A DNA stretch of 64,000 nucleotides from Utricularia gibba (taxonomy: Eukaryota > Plantae > Magnoliophyta). This document shows positions 1-9,833 of the stretch, in pieces. Under the pieces are notes generated by a model, which worked only from the letters and a program-made list of their open reading frames with translations, searched no databases and was not told the origin of the DNA. A program made the translations under genes and the position numbers. How positions within the stretch are numbered: position 1 is the stretch's first letter; every line of letters begins with the position of its first letter. The stretch lies in the NCBI GenBank assembly GCA_002189035.1, contig NEEC01000024.1, forward strand, positions 186,001 through 250,000, written 5' to 3'.

Positions 1-67
1 TTTTATTTACCGTTCAGCGTTTTTTACTTGGTGGATTACAAAGTATCAACCCAAAGCTTGTCAAGCG

Positions 68-1972
68 GTGGCTATGATGGCATTTGGTAGAGGACTTCCA
101 ATATTTGATGGTTCAAAGTATGGAAGCTGGGTCAAAAAGATGCGCAGCTACTTGCGGGTCAGAAAGATTTGGGACGTTGTTGAAAGGGAGATTCCGACGA
201 TTACAATAACACGCAAATCCACATCAGAACAGCAAGAGGAAGCTGAATATCTTCAACAGAGAAAAGATGAAGCAATGGATGCCTTGTATCAAGCCATCTC
301 TGAACATCTATTTGATGATATTGCAGAGTGTCAATCAGCAAAAGAAATATGGGATACTCTCAAATCCCATTATGAAGGTGATGTCAAACTGAGAGAAATA
401 TTATGCAAAAACAAGCTGGAGGACTTTGAGAGGAACAAAATGTTAGACAATGAAACCATACAAGTCTATTATGAACGTACTGTGAAGCTTGTGAAGGAGA
501 TTCGAGGATTGGGGGAAAAACTTGAGGATCAAAAGGTGATTAGCAAGGCAATCATGAGCCTACCTGCAAGATTCGAGCCAAAGTTATGTGCACTTGAGAC
601 AGAAAGAAAAATCCTTGACATTATTGAAGGAAAGCTCCATGAGTTATATCCTGAATATCCTATTACACCAGAGCCAACATTTATAGAGTTCATGATTGAG
701 TTGCAATCTACAGAAAAGAGATTGGAGCTAAGAGATGGTTATGAAGTTGAGAAAACTTATGGTGAAGCTGCTCTCCTCACCAAAATGCAGAATATGAATA
801 TAAACTCAGGTGCAATTAACAATGTCAAGGATGTCAAATCAACAGCCATCAAACAATCACGAACGTCAATCCCCACATCAACGATGGGCAATCAGAAGTG
901 CAGGCATTGTGAAAAATCCAACCATAAGAGTGAAGATTGTTGGACTTTAAGCACAAATGCTTGCAAGCATTGTAACAAACAGAATCACAGGAGTGAGTTT
1001 TGTTGGTGGAAGCCTGATGCTTTGTGCACGAAATGCAATCAAAGAGGCCATCTTGACAAGGTATGTGGAATGTCAAATCCAATAAAAGTTGAGCATAACA
1101 AGAAGGCTACTTCCAGGGAAGAGAAATCACATGCATCCTTTACCTACTTTGAAGATGAGCCAGAAATATCTTTTGAAGATCCTTTTGAGTATGAGTGTGC
1201 TCTAATGACAGAAGCCTCAGATACTAAAGGCTGGTACTTGGACTCTGGCGCCTCCTATCATGTATGTTGTGATACAAGGTCATTTCTCAAGCTTGAAAGG
1301 ATTGGGAAGGAGGTAAGCACGTGCACTGGTGAAAATATTGGCATTGTGGGCAAAGGAAGCATTTTACTCTTGCTAAAAGAAGGAATTGTTCAAGTTGATG
1401 ATGTTTATTATTCACCAAACCTCAAACAGAACCTGTTGAGCTTTGGCCAATTGAGCAGGCAAGGTTTTGACATTGAGCTGATGAAAGATGCTGGTGGTAT
1501 AACCACTACAGTTAAGGTTGCTGATCCAAAAACGAAGATTGAATTCCATGCTGTGTTGACCACCTACAACCTCTACCAAATCATGGTCAGTGATCATAAA
1601 AGTTGTATTTTCTCACTTCAAGATCAAAGCAGCCTTTGGCACAAACGTTTTGGGCACTATAGCTTCAGCAATCTGAAAATATTGCAGAAGAATAAGGAAG
1701 TACTGGAATTGAAAGACATCAAGTTTGCTAATGCCATATGTGAAGTGTGTCATCAAGGTAAACAATGTAGAAAGCCCTTTTATTCCAGTGATTCAGTAGC
1801 AAAGGAGAAATTAGAGCTTGTGCATACAGATGTTTGTGGACCATTTAAGGAATGTTCATTAGGGGGAGTAGATACTTTGTTACATTCATTGATGATTATT
1901 CACGTTATTGTTGGGTTTACTTTCTTAAAAGCAAGTCAGAAGTTCCTCATATCTTTCGAAAATTCAAAGTGA
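68..1972 (+). CDS. Copia Gag - aspartic protease - GAG-pre-integrase ORF (frameshifts out of pol at about 1862)
   Basis: LPIFDGSKYGSWVKKM gag start; three CX2CX4HX4C knuckles; protease WYLDSGAS; integrase zinc finger WHKRFGH...CEVC; ELVHTDVCGP. Confidence 0.92.
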   Translation: MAMMAFGRGLPIFDGSKYGSWVKKMRSYLRVRKIWDVVEREIPTITITRKSTSEQQEEAEYLQQRKDEAMDALYQAISEHLFDDIAECQSAKEIWDTLKSHYEGDVKLREILCKNKLEDFERNKMLDNETIQVYYERTVKLVKEIRGLGEKLEDQKVISKAIMSLPARFEPKLCALETERKILDIIEGKLHELYPEYPITPEPTFIEFMIELQSTEKRLELRDGYEVEKTYGEAALLTKMQNMNINSGAINNVKDVKSTAIKQSRTSIPTSTMGNQKCRHCEKSNHKSEDCWTLSTNACKHCNKQNHRSEFCWWKPDALCTKCNQRGHLDKVCGMSNPIKVEHNKKATSREEKSHASFTYFEDEPEISFEDPFEYECALMTEASDTKGWYLDSGASYHVCCDTRSFLKLERIGKEVSTCTGENIGIVGKGSILLLLKEGIVQVDDVYYSPNLKQNLLSFGQLSRQGFDIELMKDAGGITTTVKVADPKTKIEFHAVLTTYNLYQIMVSDHKSCIFSLQDQSSLWHKRFGHYSFSNLKILQKNKEVLELKDIKFANAICEVCHQGKQCRKPFYSSDSVAKEKLELVHTDVCGPFKECSLGGVDTLLHSLMIIHVIVGFTFLKASQKFLISFENSK

Positions 1973-4506
1973 TGGTTGAGAATCAGAGTGGATGCTCTTT
2001 GAAGATGATTAGATCAGACAATGGAGGCGAATTCTACAATAATAGCATGAGAATGTTCTGTGAAAATGAGGGAATCATGCATCAATTCACCGTACCATAT
2101 TCTGCACAACAGAATGGTATATGTGAAAGGAGAAACAGAACAATTCTTGATATGTCAAGATGCCTATTGTTTGAGAAAGGTCTTCCTGTAAGTTTCTGGG
2201 CTGAAGCGGTATCTACATCTGTATATCTGTTGAACTTGCTTCCCTCAAGGGCGATTAGTGGAAAAACCGCCCATGAAAAATGGCATGGTTATATTAAAAA
2301 GGTTGATCATCTCAAAATCTTTGGTAGTCTGTGTTTTACTCATATACCAGACCAAAAACGAGGAAAACTTGAAAAGAAATCTGTATCTGCTGTATTTGTT
2401 GGTTATAGCAACACTACCAAGGGATATAAAGTTTATCTACCTCAACAAAAGAAATTTATCCTCAGCCATGATGTCACTTTTGATGAAGGTGCAAGGTATA
2501 CTTTAATTGATGATTGCATTGCTCTGAATGATGCAGAAGCTCATAAAAGTCTTGAAAGGCATAGCACCCATGTGAAAGGAGACCTCTGGACACACATGCC
2601 TCAAAACTTCTCTTCCATCAATTCAACAAACCAAGAAACTTCAGAACTCGTTCATGAAGATTCAAATCAAGTAAATGATCAGCATTCATATGAGAATTTT
2701 CCAGCTCAAGAGGAGGAGAAGGTCACAAATCAAGATGGCTCGCCCAATAAGAATTCAGAATCAAACTCTGAACCCCTGTATGGACGATCTCATCAGGCCA
2801 ATGATCAACCTTCAGATGGGAATTTCGAAATCCCAGAAGAGGAGCAAGGCACGAATGTAGAAGACTCATCAACAGATGAATCTAATGGAGAGGAACCTGA
2901 TACTGATGATGAAGATTATTACCCATCTGATCGTGATTGGCAAAGGAGGAAACGCAAAAACATCAGAGATTCAATAGATAATGAAGATAGTCATGTTACT
3001 GACATTAGAAGAAGCAAAAGAAACAAGGCTCCTACAATAAGTTTCTCCAAGTTGAATGATGATGTCCAAGATGCTGTGGCTGATATTTTGGCTGGATTAT
3101 TGACAGGAGATCCAACATCATTTGAAGTGGCTGTACAAAATCCTAAATGGAGAGAGGCCATGAAGGAAGAAATGAATTCTATACTTGAAAATGAAACATG
3201 GGAATTAGTTGAGAAACCCAAGGATAGGGGTTTCAAACCTATTGGCCTCAAGTGGTTATTCAAAACCAAGATGAATGCAGATGGCTCTATCAACAAATAT
3301 AAGGCTAGATTAGTAGCCAAGGGATATAGTCAGATCAAAGGAATAAATTTTCATGAGATTTTTGCACCAGTAGCAAGATTTGACACGATTAAAGTACTTC
3401 TTGCCATTTCAGCTGCTCATGGATGGAAAGTGCATCACATGGATGTCAAGACTGCGTTCTTGAATGGTGTGTTGGAGGAGGTTGTTTTTGTTGAACAACC
3501 AAAGGGCTTCGAAGTGTCAGGTCATGAAGACAAGGTATTGAAGCTAAAGAAATCTCTCTATGGGTTGAAGCAAGCTCCTAGAGCATGGAATGAACGCATG
3601 GATAACTTTCTCCAGGGTATTGGTTTCAGAAAAACATATAGTGATTACTCATTATATGTTAAAGGAAAAGAAGATGATCGTTTATTTATTAACTTATATG
3701 TGGATGATCTTATGATTACCTCAGATAATGAAAGGAAGATTGAGGAATTCAAAGCTCTACTCAAAAATGAATTCAAGATAACTGACCTTGGAATGATGTC
3801 CTATTATCTAGGCATGGAAATTCATCAACTTGAAGGTATTGGAACATTCATATCTCAGAAAAAGTACTGTAATGAACTTCTTGAAAGGTTTGGGTTCAAA
3901 GATGTCAATCCTTCAAAAACGCCTTTGGATTACAAACAAGTGATTGGAGAGAACAATCAGGGAAAGAATGTGGATGCCACTACTTATAGAAGTATGATTG
4001 GAAGCCTCATTTATCTCCAGCATACAAGGCCTGACTTGTGTTTTTGTGTAAATGTCTTATCTCGCTTCCTCAACAAACCAACAACAACTCACATGGCAGC
4101 TGTGAAAAGAGCTTTCAGATACATAAAATCTACTACTGATTTCGGATTGTTCTATCCCTATGAAGGTGAAAAACCAGTCTTGAAACTTAGAGCCTACTCA
4201 GATAGTGATTATGGTATGGCTGAAGATAGCAAGAGCACATCTGGTGCACTCTTCTTCTTAAATAAGACTCCTATAGTCTGGTTTTCGAAGAAACAAAAAG
4301 TGGTAGCACAATCAACAGCTGAAGCAGAATACATCTCAGCAGCACATGCTTCGAACTATTGTGTTTGGTTGAGGCAGATGCTAAACGAACTTGGATTCAT
4401 ACAAAAGGAAGCTACACATCTGCTTATGGATAATCGAGCTGCAATCTCCATTGCCAAAGATCCAACGAACTTCAGCAAAGCCAAGCACATAAGAATCCTG
4501 TTATAA
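1852..4506 (+). CDS. Copia integrase - RT - RNase H ORF (frameshifted pol; homology starts about 1865, last about 55 aa in another frame)
   Basis: SRYFVTFIDDYSRY, IRSDNGGEF, QNGICERRNRT, YKARLVAKGY, LYVDDL, YSDSD, STAEAEY motifs. Confidence 0.93.
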   Translation: MFIRGSRYFVTFIDDYSRYCWVYFLKSKSEVPHIFRKFKVMVENQSGCSLKMIRSDNGGEFYNNSMRMFCENEGIMHQFTVPYSAQQNGICERRNRTILDMSRCLLFEKGLPVSFWAEAVSTSVYLLNLLPSRAISGKTAHEKWHGYIKKVDHLKIFGSLCFTHIPDQKRGKLEKKSVSAVFVGYSNTTKGYKVYLPQQKKFILSHDVTFDEGARYTLIDDCIALNDAEAHKSLERHSTHVKGDLWTHMPQNFSSINSTNQETSELVHEDSNQVNDQHSYENFPAQEEEKVTNQDGSPNKNSESNSEPLYGRSHQANDQPSDGNFEIPEEEQGTNVEDSSTDESNGEEPDTDDEDYYPSDRDWQRRKRKNIRDSIDNEDSHVTDIRRSKRNKAPTISFSKLNDDVQDAVADILAGLLTGDPTSFEVAVQNPKWREAMKEEMNSILENETWELVEKPKDRGFKPIGLKWLFKTKMNADGSINKYKARLVAKGYSQIKGINFHEIFAPVARFDTIKVLLAISAAHGWKVHHMDVKTAFLNGVLEEVVFVEQPKGFEVSGHEDKVLKLKKSLYGLKQAPRAWNERMDNFLQGIGFRKTYSDYSLYVKGKEDDRLFINLYVDDLMITSDNERKIEEFKALLKNEFKITDLGMMSYYLGMEIHQLEGIGTFISQKKYCNELLERFGFKDVNPSKTPLDYKQVIGENNQGKNVDATTYRSMIGSLIYLQHTRPDLCFCVNVLSRFLNKPTTTHMAAVKRAFRYIKSTTDFGLFYPYEGEKPVLKLRAYSDSDYGMAEDSKSTSGALFFLNKTPIVWFSKKQKVVAQSTAEAEYISAAHASNYCVWLRQMLNELGFIQKEATHLLMDNRAAISIAKDPTNFSKAKHIRILL

Positions 4507-4681
4507 GGAATTACATCAAGGAGAAGAAGATTAAAGTGCAGTATGTTGAGAGTGAGAATCAGCTTGCTGATGGGCTCACCAAAGGTTTGAACAGAGTTCA
4601 GTTTGAGCTAGCAAGGAAGAACATGAATCTCATGACTATAGAAGACTTTCTCAAGTTGGGAGATCTCTGTCTGGGGGGGAG

Positions 4682-5001
4682 TGTTGGAGATCAGCCTCAA
4701 TCCAAAGTTTGAAGGTGATTGGAAGCACTAATCTTGTGTCATAATGTTATATTTCAGATTAAAAAGGTGTTGAGTTCGAGCATGGAAGTGTTGGATTCGA
4801 GTTGTTGGGCTTTTTGTGTGTTTTCAATAATTGTGGCCCACTGTTGGGTAACCTAGGTATTGGGTATATATAAACCCTACTAAGAATGCGTGTCAATAGG
4901 GTTTCGGTCATTATTGTTCATGAGTCGTTTTTCATCCAAGGTGATCTCAGAAGCATTACCTTTTTGTTACTTCCCAAGACTCTCTTTTTCTTGCATCAAC
5001 A
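4682..5001 (+). repeat. 3' LTR of copia A (320 bp)
   Basis: TGTTGGAGA...CATCAACA termini, preceded by PPT; TATATATAAA box at 4865-4874; only one difference seen from the LTR at 27181-27500. Confidence 0.95.
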
Positions 5002-5140
5002 GGGTCCTGACAATATATGTAACCATTTTAATGTTATTTCTCCAAGCTACAAAGGGGTTAAGTCACCTTGAATCCTAACATTTGATGGGACTTGGAAGTC
5101 TTGCCTCATGCCTCTTGGCCCCTGGGCATGGGTCCTGACA

Positions 5141-6207
5141 AAGATTGAAAAATTCAAAGCCCTTCTAAAAAATGAATTCAAGATGATTGACCTTGGAATG
5201 ATGTCCTATTATCTAGGCATGGAAATTCATCAACTTGCAGGTGTTGGAACATTCATATCTCAAAAGAAGTACTGTAATGAACTTCTTGAAAGGTTTGGGT
5301 TCAAAGATGTTAATCCTTCAAAAACCCCTTTGGATTATAAGCAGGTGATTGGAGAGAACAATCAAGGAAGGAATGTGGATTCTACTACTTACAGAAGTAT
5401 GATTGGAAGCCTCATCAATCTCCAGCATACAAGGGCTGACCTGTGTTTTTGTGTAAATGTCTTATCTCGCTACCTCAATAAACCAACAACAACTCACATG
5501 GCAGCTGTGAAAAGAGTTTTCAGGTAAATAAAATCTACTACTGATTTCGAATTGTTCTATCCCTATGAAAGTGAAAAACCATCTTGAAACTTAGAGCCTA
5601 CTAAAATAGTGATTATGGTATGGCTGAAAATAGTAAGAGTACATCTGGTGCACTCTTCTTCTTAAATAAGACCCCTATAGTCTGGTTTTCGAAGAAACAA
5701 AAAGTGGTAGCACAATCAACAGCGGAAGCAGAATACATCTCAGCATCACATGCTTCGAACTATTGTGTTTGGTTGAGGCAGATGTTAAATGAACTTGGAT
5801 TCATACACAACGAAGCCTCACATCTGCTTATGGATAATCGAGCTGCAATCTCTATTGCCAAGGATTCAACAAACTTCAGCAAAGGTTGGAGATCAGCCTC
5901 AATCCAAAGGTTGAAGGTGATTGGAAACATGAATCTTGTGTCATAATGTCATATTTCAGATAAAAAGGTGTTGGGTTTGAGCATGGAAGTGTTGGGTTCA
6001 AGTTGTTGGGGCTTTTTGTGTATTTTCAATAATTGTGGCCCACTGTTGAGTAACCTAGATATTGGGTATATATAAACCCTACTAGGAATGCGTGTCAATT
6101 AGGTTTTCGGTCATTCTTATTGTTCATGAGTCGTTTTTCATCCAAGGTGATCTTATACGAATTATCTCTTTATTCCTTCCCAAGACACTATCTTTCTTGC
6201 ATCAACA
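5141..6207 (+). mobile_element. Degenerate copia fragment C (RT/RNase H 5141-5884 fused to LTR 5885-6207)
   Basis: About 93-95% similar to copy A 3735-4480 with stops and frameshifts; a deletion removes the RH end, PPT and first LTR base (AAAG|GTTGGAGA); LTR ends CATCAACA. Confidence 0.9.
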
Positions 6208-7487
6208 TAAGTCGGTCACATGAGATATAGGGTCACCTTTTCCATTGTATGTGGGTAGTCCGTCGAGGATTGTGAATCCTCTCTCCGGCTCTTCCCCGAT
6301 TAACTCGTCCAAGAAAGGATCAAAACGCAACGCTGGGGCTCTAGTTGCTCCTTCAACATTGCTCTTCAGGGCTACATCAATATCGGCCAAAACGTCCCCT
6401 TGTCCAATGCATACGTTCTGATTGAAAGCCTCCCTGAAGCCCCTACTCTCTCTTCCTCTTGACAACGTCTGTCTGCCGATAAGTCTCCCTCTGTCACGAA
6501 TATGGTCTAGTTCTCTCCTCAGCTCCTCTTCCCCCTTTTCCAAGATTTCGCCAGTCATGTTTTCCCTATCCGTTCCTGGCTCATAGATGACTTGGTTGCG
6601 CCTCTTTCTTCGCACCATCTCCTCCTAAGTTTCGGATTCGGTCTCCGTGTCTGGGGGTATTCCGGAATCAGGGGTTGCTTTTCTACTCATTGTGCAGTTT
6701 CGGGTGTCCCCTCCTATGCATTGGAGTTCAAACCCGAAGGCGCCCTAAAGTCGGTGAGGATTTCCGTCAAAAGGGTGTTCAGTTGCTCCCTACTAATGAC
6801 CATAAGATCGGGGTCTTGTATGCCGGCGCTTCCTTCATGGGCAGAATTGGTGGCCATGTTATTTTCCACCATGATCGATGTTTAGTGAGCGGCTTCTGTG
6901 GATTTCTCGAGTGGGACAATAGATCTGCCCCACGGTGGGTGCCAAAAATGTTAAGGTCGGAAATCGAGGCTGGGGTCAATATTGATTTTCGAGTTATAGA
7001 GATTGCTAGAGGACTCGAACCTAGTCGTGAGTTTTTTGCTCGGTTTGGTGCGTATAACGAGAATAGAAGTGGAGGAAGACTTTTTACGTGGAAACTGCCA
7101 GGGGATGGAAAAACCACGGAGCTATCGGGACCGCCGGAAAAAATCTTCACTCGACGGAGATGGTATGGAAATATATAAGTTGGAGGCCTTAGGATCGAAC
7201 TCTTTCTCACTTATGATTTCTTCTGTTTATAGAAGAGGTCGATCTGTCGGAGTCCTGACTCCTATAGATATCGGTTGCTTTCTGCGCCTGCTATGTGATA
7301 TCGCTTTTTAGATATCGGCCGCCTGCTCTGTAGTTCGGCCACTTTTCAGGCTGTACCATACGGCCACCGCTGACAGATTTCTGACACATATCGATCTATC
7401 GATTGGCATTATCCCATCAGAGCCTCTATTGGCGACCTTTTAGAAGCCGATTATCCTCAGCCGATTCATACCCCACTAGACTCCACA
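6208..7487 (-). mobile_element. Truncated Ty3/gypsy Tat/Retand-type element: 5' LTR (6949-7487), Lys-type PBS, gag N-terminus
   Basis: Minus strand reads LTR end AACA then TTTTTGGCACCCACCGTGGGG PBS; ORF 6202-6618 has FDPFLDELI...LPTYNGKGDPISHV and is homologous to 45300-45490. Confidence 0.8.
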
Positions 7488-7889
7488 TATCCCAACCTCT
7501 GGTTCTCCAACTATAAAAGTCACAAAATCATCTTTATATTCTAGAGTCATATCTCTTTTCTTACATCTAATGACGTTTCCAAAATAATGGTGGTGTTATT
7601 TGATTTCAATAAAGTATTATTCACTACTACAAAATCAACTGGTTACAAGGTCTTTGACACTTGAACTATTTCTACCTTGAACTCACCAATGATGATTATG
7701 AAGGCAGTCAACTATTTGAAGATAAAATAGTTCACAGTTTTAGGGTATCTAAGATTTTGACTGTTAGTTCCTTGTCTAAGGCTCCACAATTCCTATCCTG
7801 ATTGCCGCCAGGCTTTGGGTGATTCTCTCGAAAACGATAATACTGAATCGATAGGATCGCTATAGATGTGAATAGGGAAGAGAGGTGAT

Positions 7890-8060
7890 GGCGCTAGCAA
7901 GCATATTATGGCCGTTCTATTCAACATATGAGCTGTTTCAATCGATAGTAACAGTTCGCTTTCCTGAATACCATTAATGCTCGCATAGCAACAGGCTAAT
8001 TTGAACAATATATAAATATGAGGGGCATAACTTTCAACGATGCAATCAGGGAGATGTACT
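7890..8060 (+). pseudogene. Possible degraded hAT transposase fragment
   Basis: Frameshifted ILWPFY..ELFQSD.NSSLS.IPLML resembles the hAT L.PFY.AT...S...PT region; weak. Confidence 0.3.
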
Positions 8061-8094
8061 ATACTCTAACGAAGTAGGACACGTGAGGCGGAAG

Positions 8095-9645
8095 TAGAGG
8101 TGGGTTCGGTTCGAACAAGAACCGTGGTTCTGGTTCCGGTTCGGTTCCAGGAGGTGGATGTCCGTACCGTTTCGGTTTGGTTCAGCAAATTTGGAACCGT
8201 GGAACTGACGGTTCCGACCCGTGTATAAAAACGTACTGTTCACGGTTCCGAACCGAAAAAATTAAAAAAAATTAAAAAATTAAAAAATTAGAAAAAATTA
8301 AAAATTAAAAAAATAAATAAATGTGGTGCCTGGAAAATAAATAAATGTTCACAGTTCACGACTCATACACCCATACGATGGAAGTGGTGCCTGGAAAATC
8401 TTCTGAAACACTCCTTCCCAGACACACTGACAATAAATGTGAGTGCCTGGAAAATGATCTCAGGAACCCTCATGACACTCTTATGTTGTTGATGACTTTT
8501 TTTCTAGTAGACAATTATGTTGTTGTTAGTGATACATTCGTTGAATTCACATATGTATCGTGTGAAATATGCTCTAGTGAATAGTGATACTTTAAATTCA
8601 TTTTGGAGGCACATATAATGATTTTTAAGGGTATCTCTAATGCCTCAACAGCGTGAGCCTCAGAATTAGGGTTGTCGTTCGAGGTCGTCCAGGCACTCCG
8701 ATCCATTATTCAGGGTATCTGGGATCTTCTCTAGAGTCTGGACACTCTTAACGAAGGCATGCACTTTAAAATTAGGGTTACGGTTAGAGATTGTCCAGAC
8801 ACTCTGATCCGTTATTGAGGGTGATTGGGATCTTCTCTAGAGATTGGACACTCTTAACGTGAAATATGTGATGTTAATTTTGAAAATGCAATGTATTTAA
8901 TCTTTTTAATATTTTGTTTTCCAAATATATGAAATAGATGTTGTTTTATTTTAATTTGAAAAATACACAATACTTATAAAAGATTATATAAAACAAATAA
9001 ATAAACATTTTAATTTTTAAAAAATAAATATATAAATAATAATTTTATTCATTTTATATGATTTGTAATCTTGTTGTATTTGTTTTAAAAAATTTAATTT
9101 TATCCTATATATATTCAAATACTAATAATTTAATTATTTATTTCATTTATTTAAGTCACAAATTATATTGATTTTAATTATATTTTATTGAGATAATCTA
9201 TCAAGTAATTATTGTTATATTTTTTTATAAATTAATATAGTATATTACATAATATATTTAGTTAAATACAAAAATTAATATTATTAAATATATTATTTGA
9301 TAATATTTAAATATAAAAAAATAATAATTATTACAAATTTCAATATCAAACAACTATAATATGTAAAAATAATAATTATTATAAATATTGAAATATTGAA
9401 ATATTTAAATATGAATGTCTGGAAAACACCTATAAACAGTAATCAATCAATTTCGGTTACAGTTCGGTTCCCGAATCTCGATTTCGGTTCTGAACCGAAA
9501 CCATCCGTACGGTTCCGGTTTCGGTTCAATGCAAGGTTTCGTCTGTACGGTTCCAAACCGAAACTAAAACCATTATCTACAGTGAACCGCGGTTTTGGAT
9601 CCGTTCGGTTCTGAACCGAAACCGTACGATTTGGAACCGCGGAAG
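8095..9645. mobile_element. Non-autonomous hAT-like element with CGGTTC/GAACCG subterminal repeat clusters and AT-rich core
   Basis: Starts TAGAGGTG; dense GGTTCGGTTC/AACCG arrays at 8100-8255 and 9455-9640; GCGGAAG repeated at 8088 and 9639; no clean right TIR. Confidence 0.55.
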
Positions 9646-9833
9646 CATCTTAATCCTTATGACGGTAACTTTCGAAATGCAGGTGCACGTTCAGCTAAAA
9701 ACGAATCTTCTTCTGGAAGTAGCAACAGTTTCATCAAATTTAATTAAATTGTCGCCCGACACAACTTTTGCCACCAGTAATTTGGTTCTCCCTCTTTCAT
9801 GCTGGAAAAGGCTGTTCTCGAACATCGTAAATA

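Larger units (their letters stand above)
1..5001 (+). mobile_element. Ty1/copia LTR retrotransposon, copy A (5' LTR outside window; Ivana/Ale-like lineage)
   Basis: Copia domain order gag-PR-IN-RT-RH; PPT GGGGGGGAG at 4673-4681; 3' LTR TG...CA at 4682-5001. Lineage is inferred from the short LTR and zinc-knuckle spacing. Confidence 0.95.

Noticed and set aside
849-3320. Short ORFs overlapping copia A (and mirrored in B at 28863-31334)
   Set aside because: Off-frame or antisense shadows of gag-pol; their recurrence reflects only the A/B identity.
7622-7634. CACTACTACAAAA resembling a CACTA TIR
   Set aside because: No matching inverted end, subterminal repeats or transposase seen.
8255-8345. 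(AAAAAATT)n-like tract and AT-rich 8900-9420 block
   Set aside because: Low-complexity interior of the hAT-like element.
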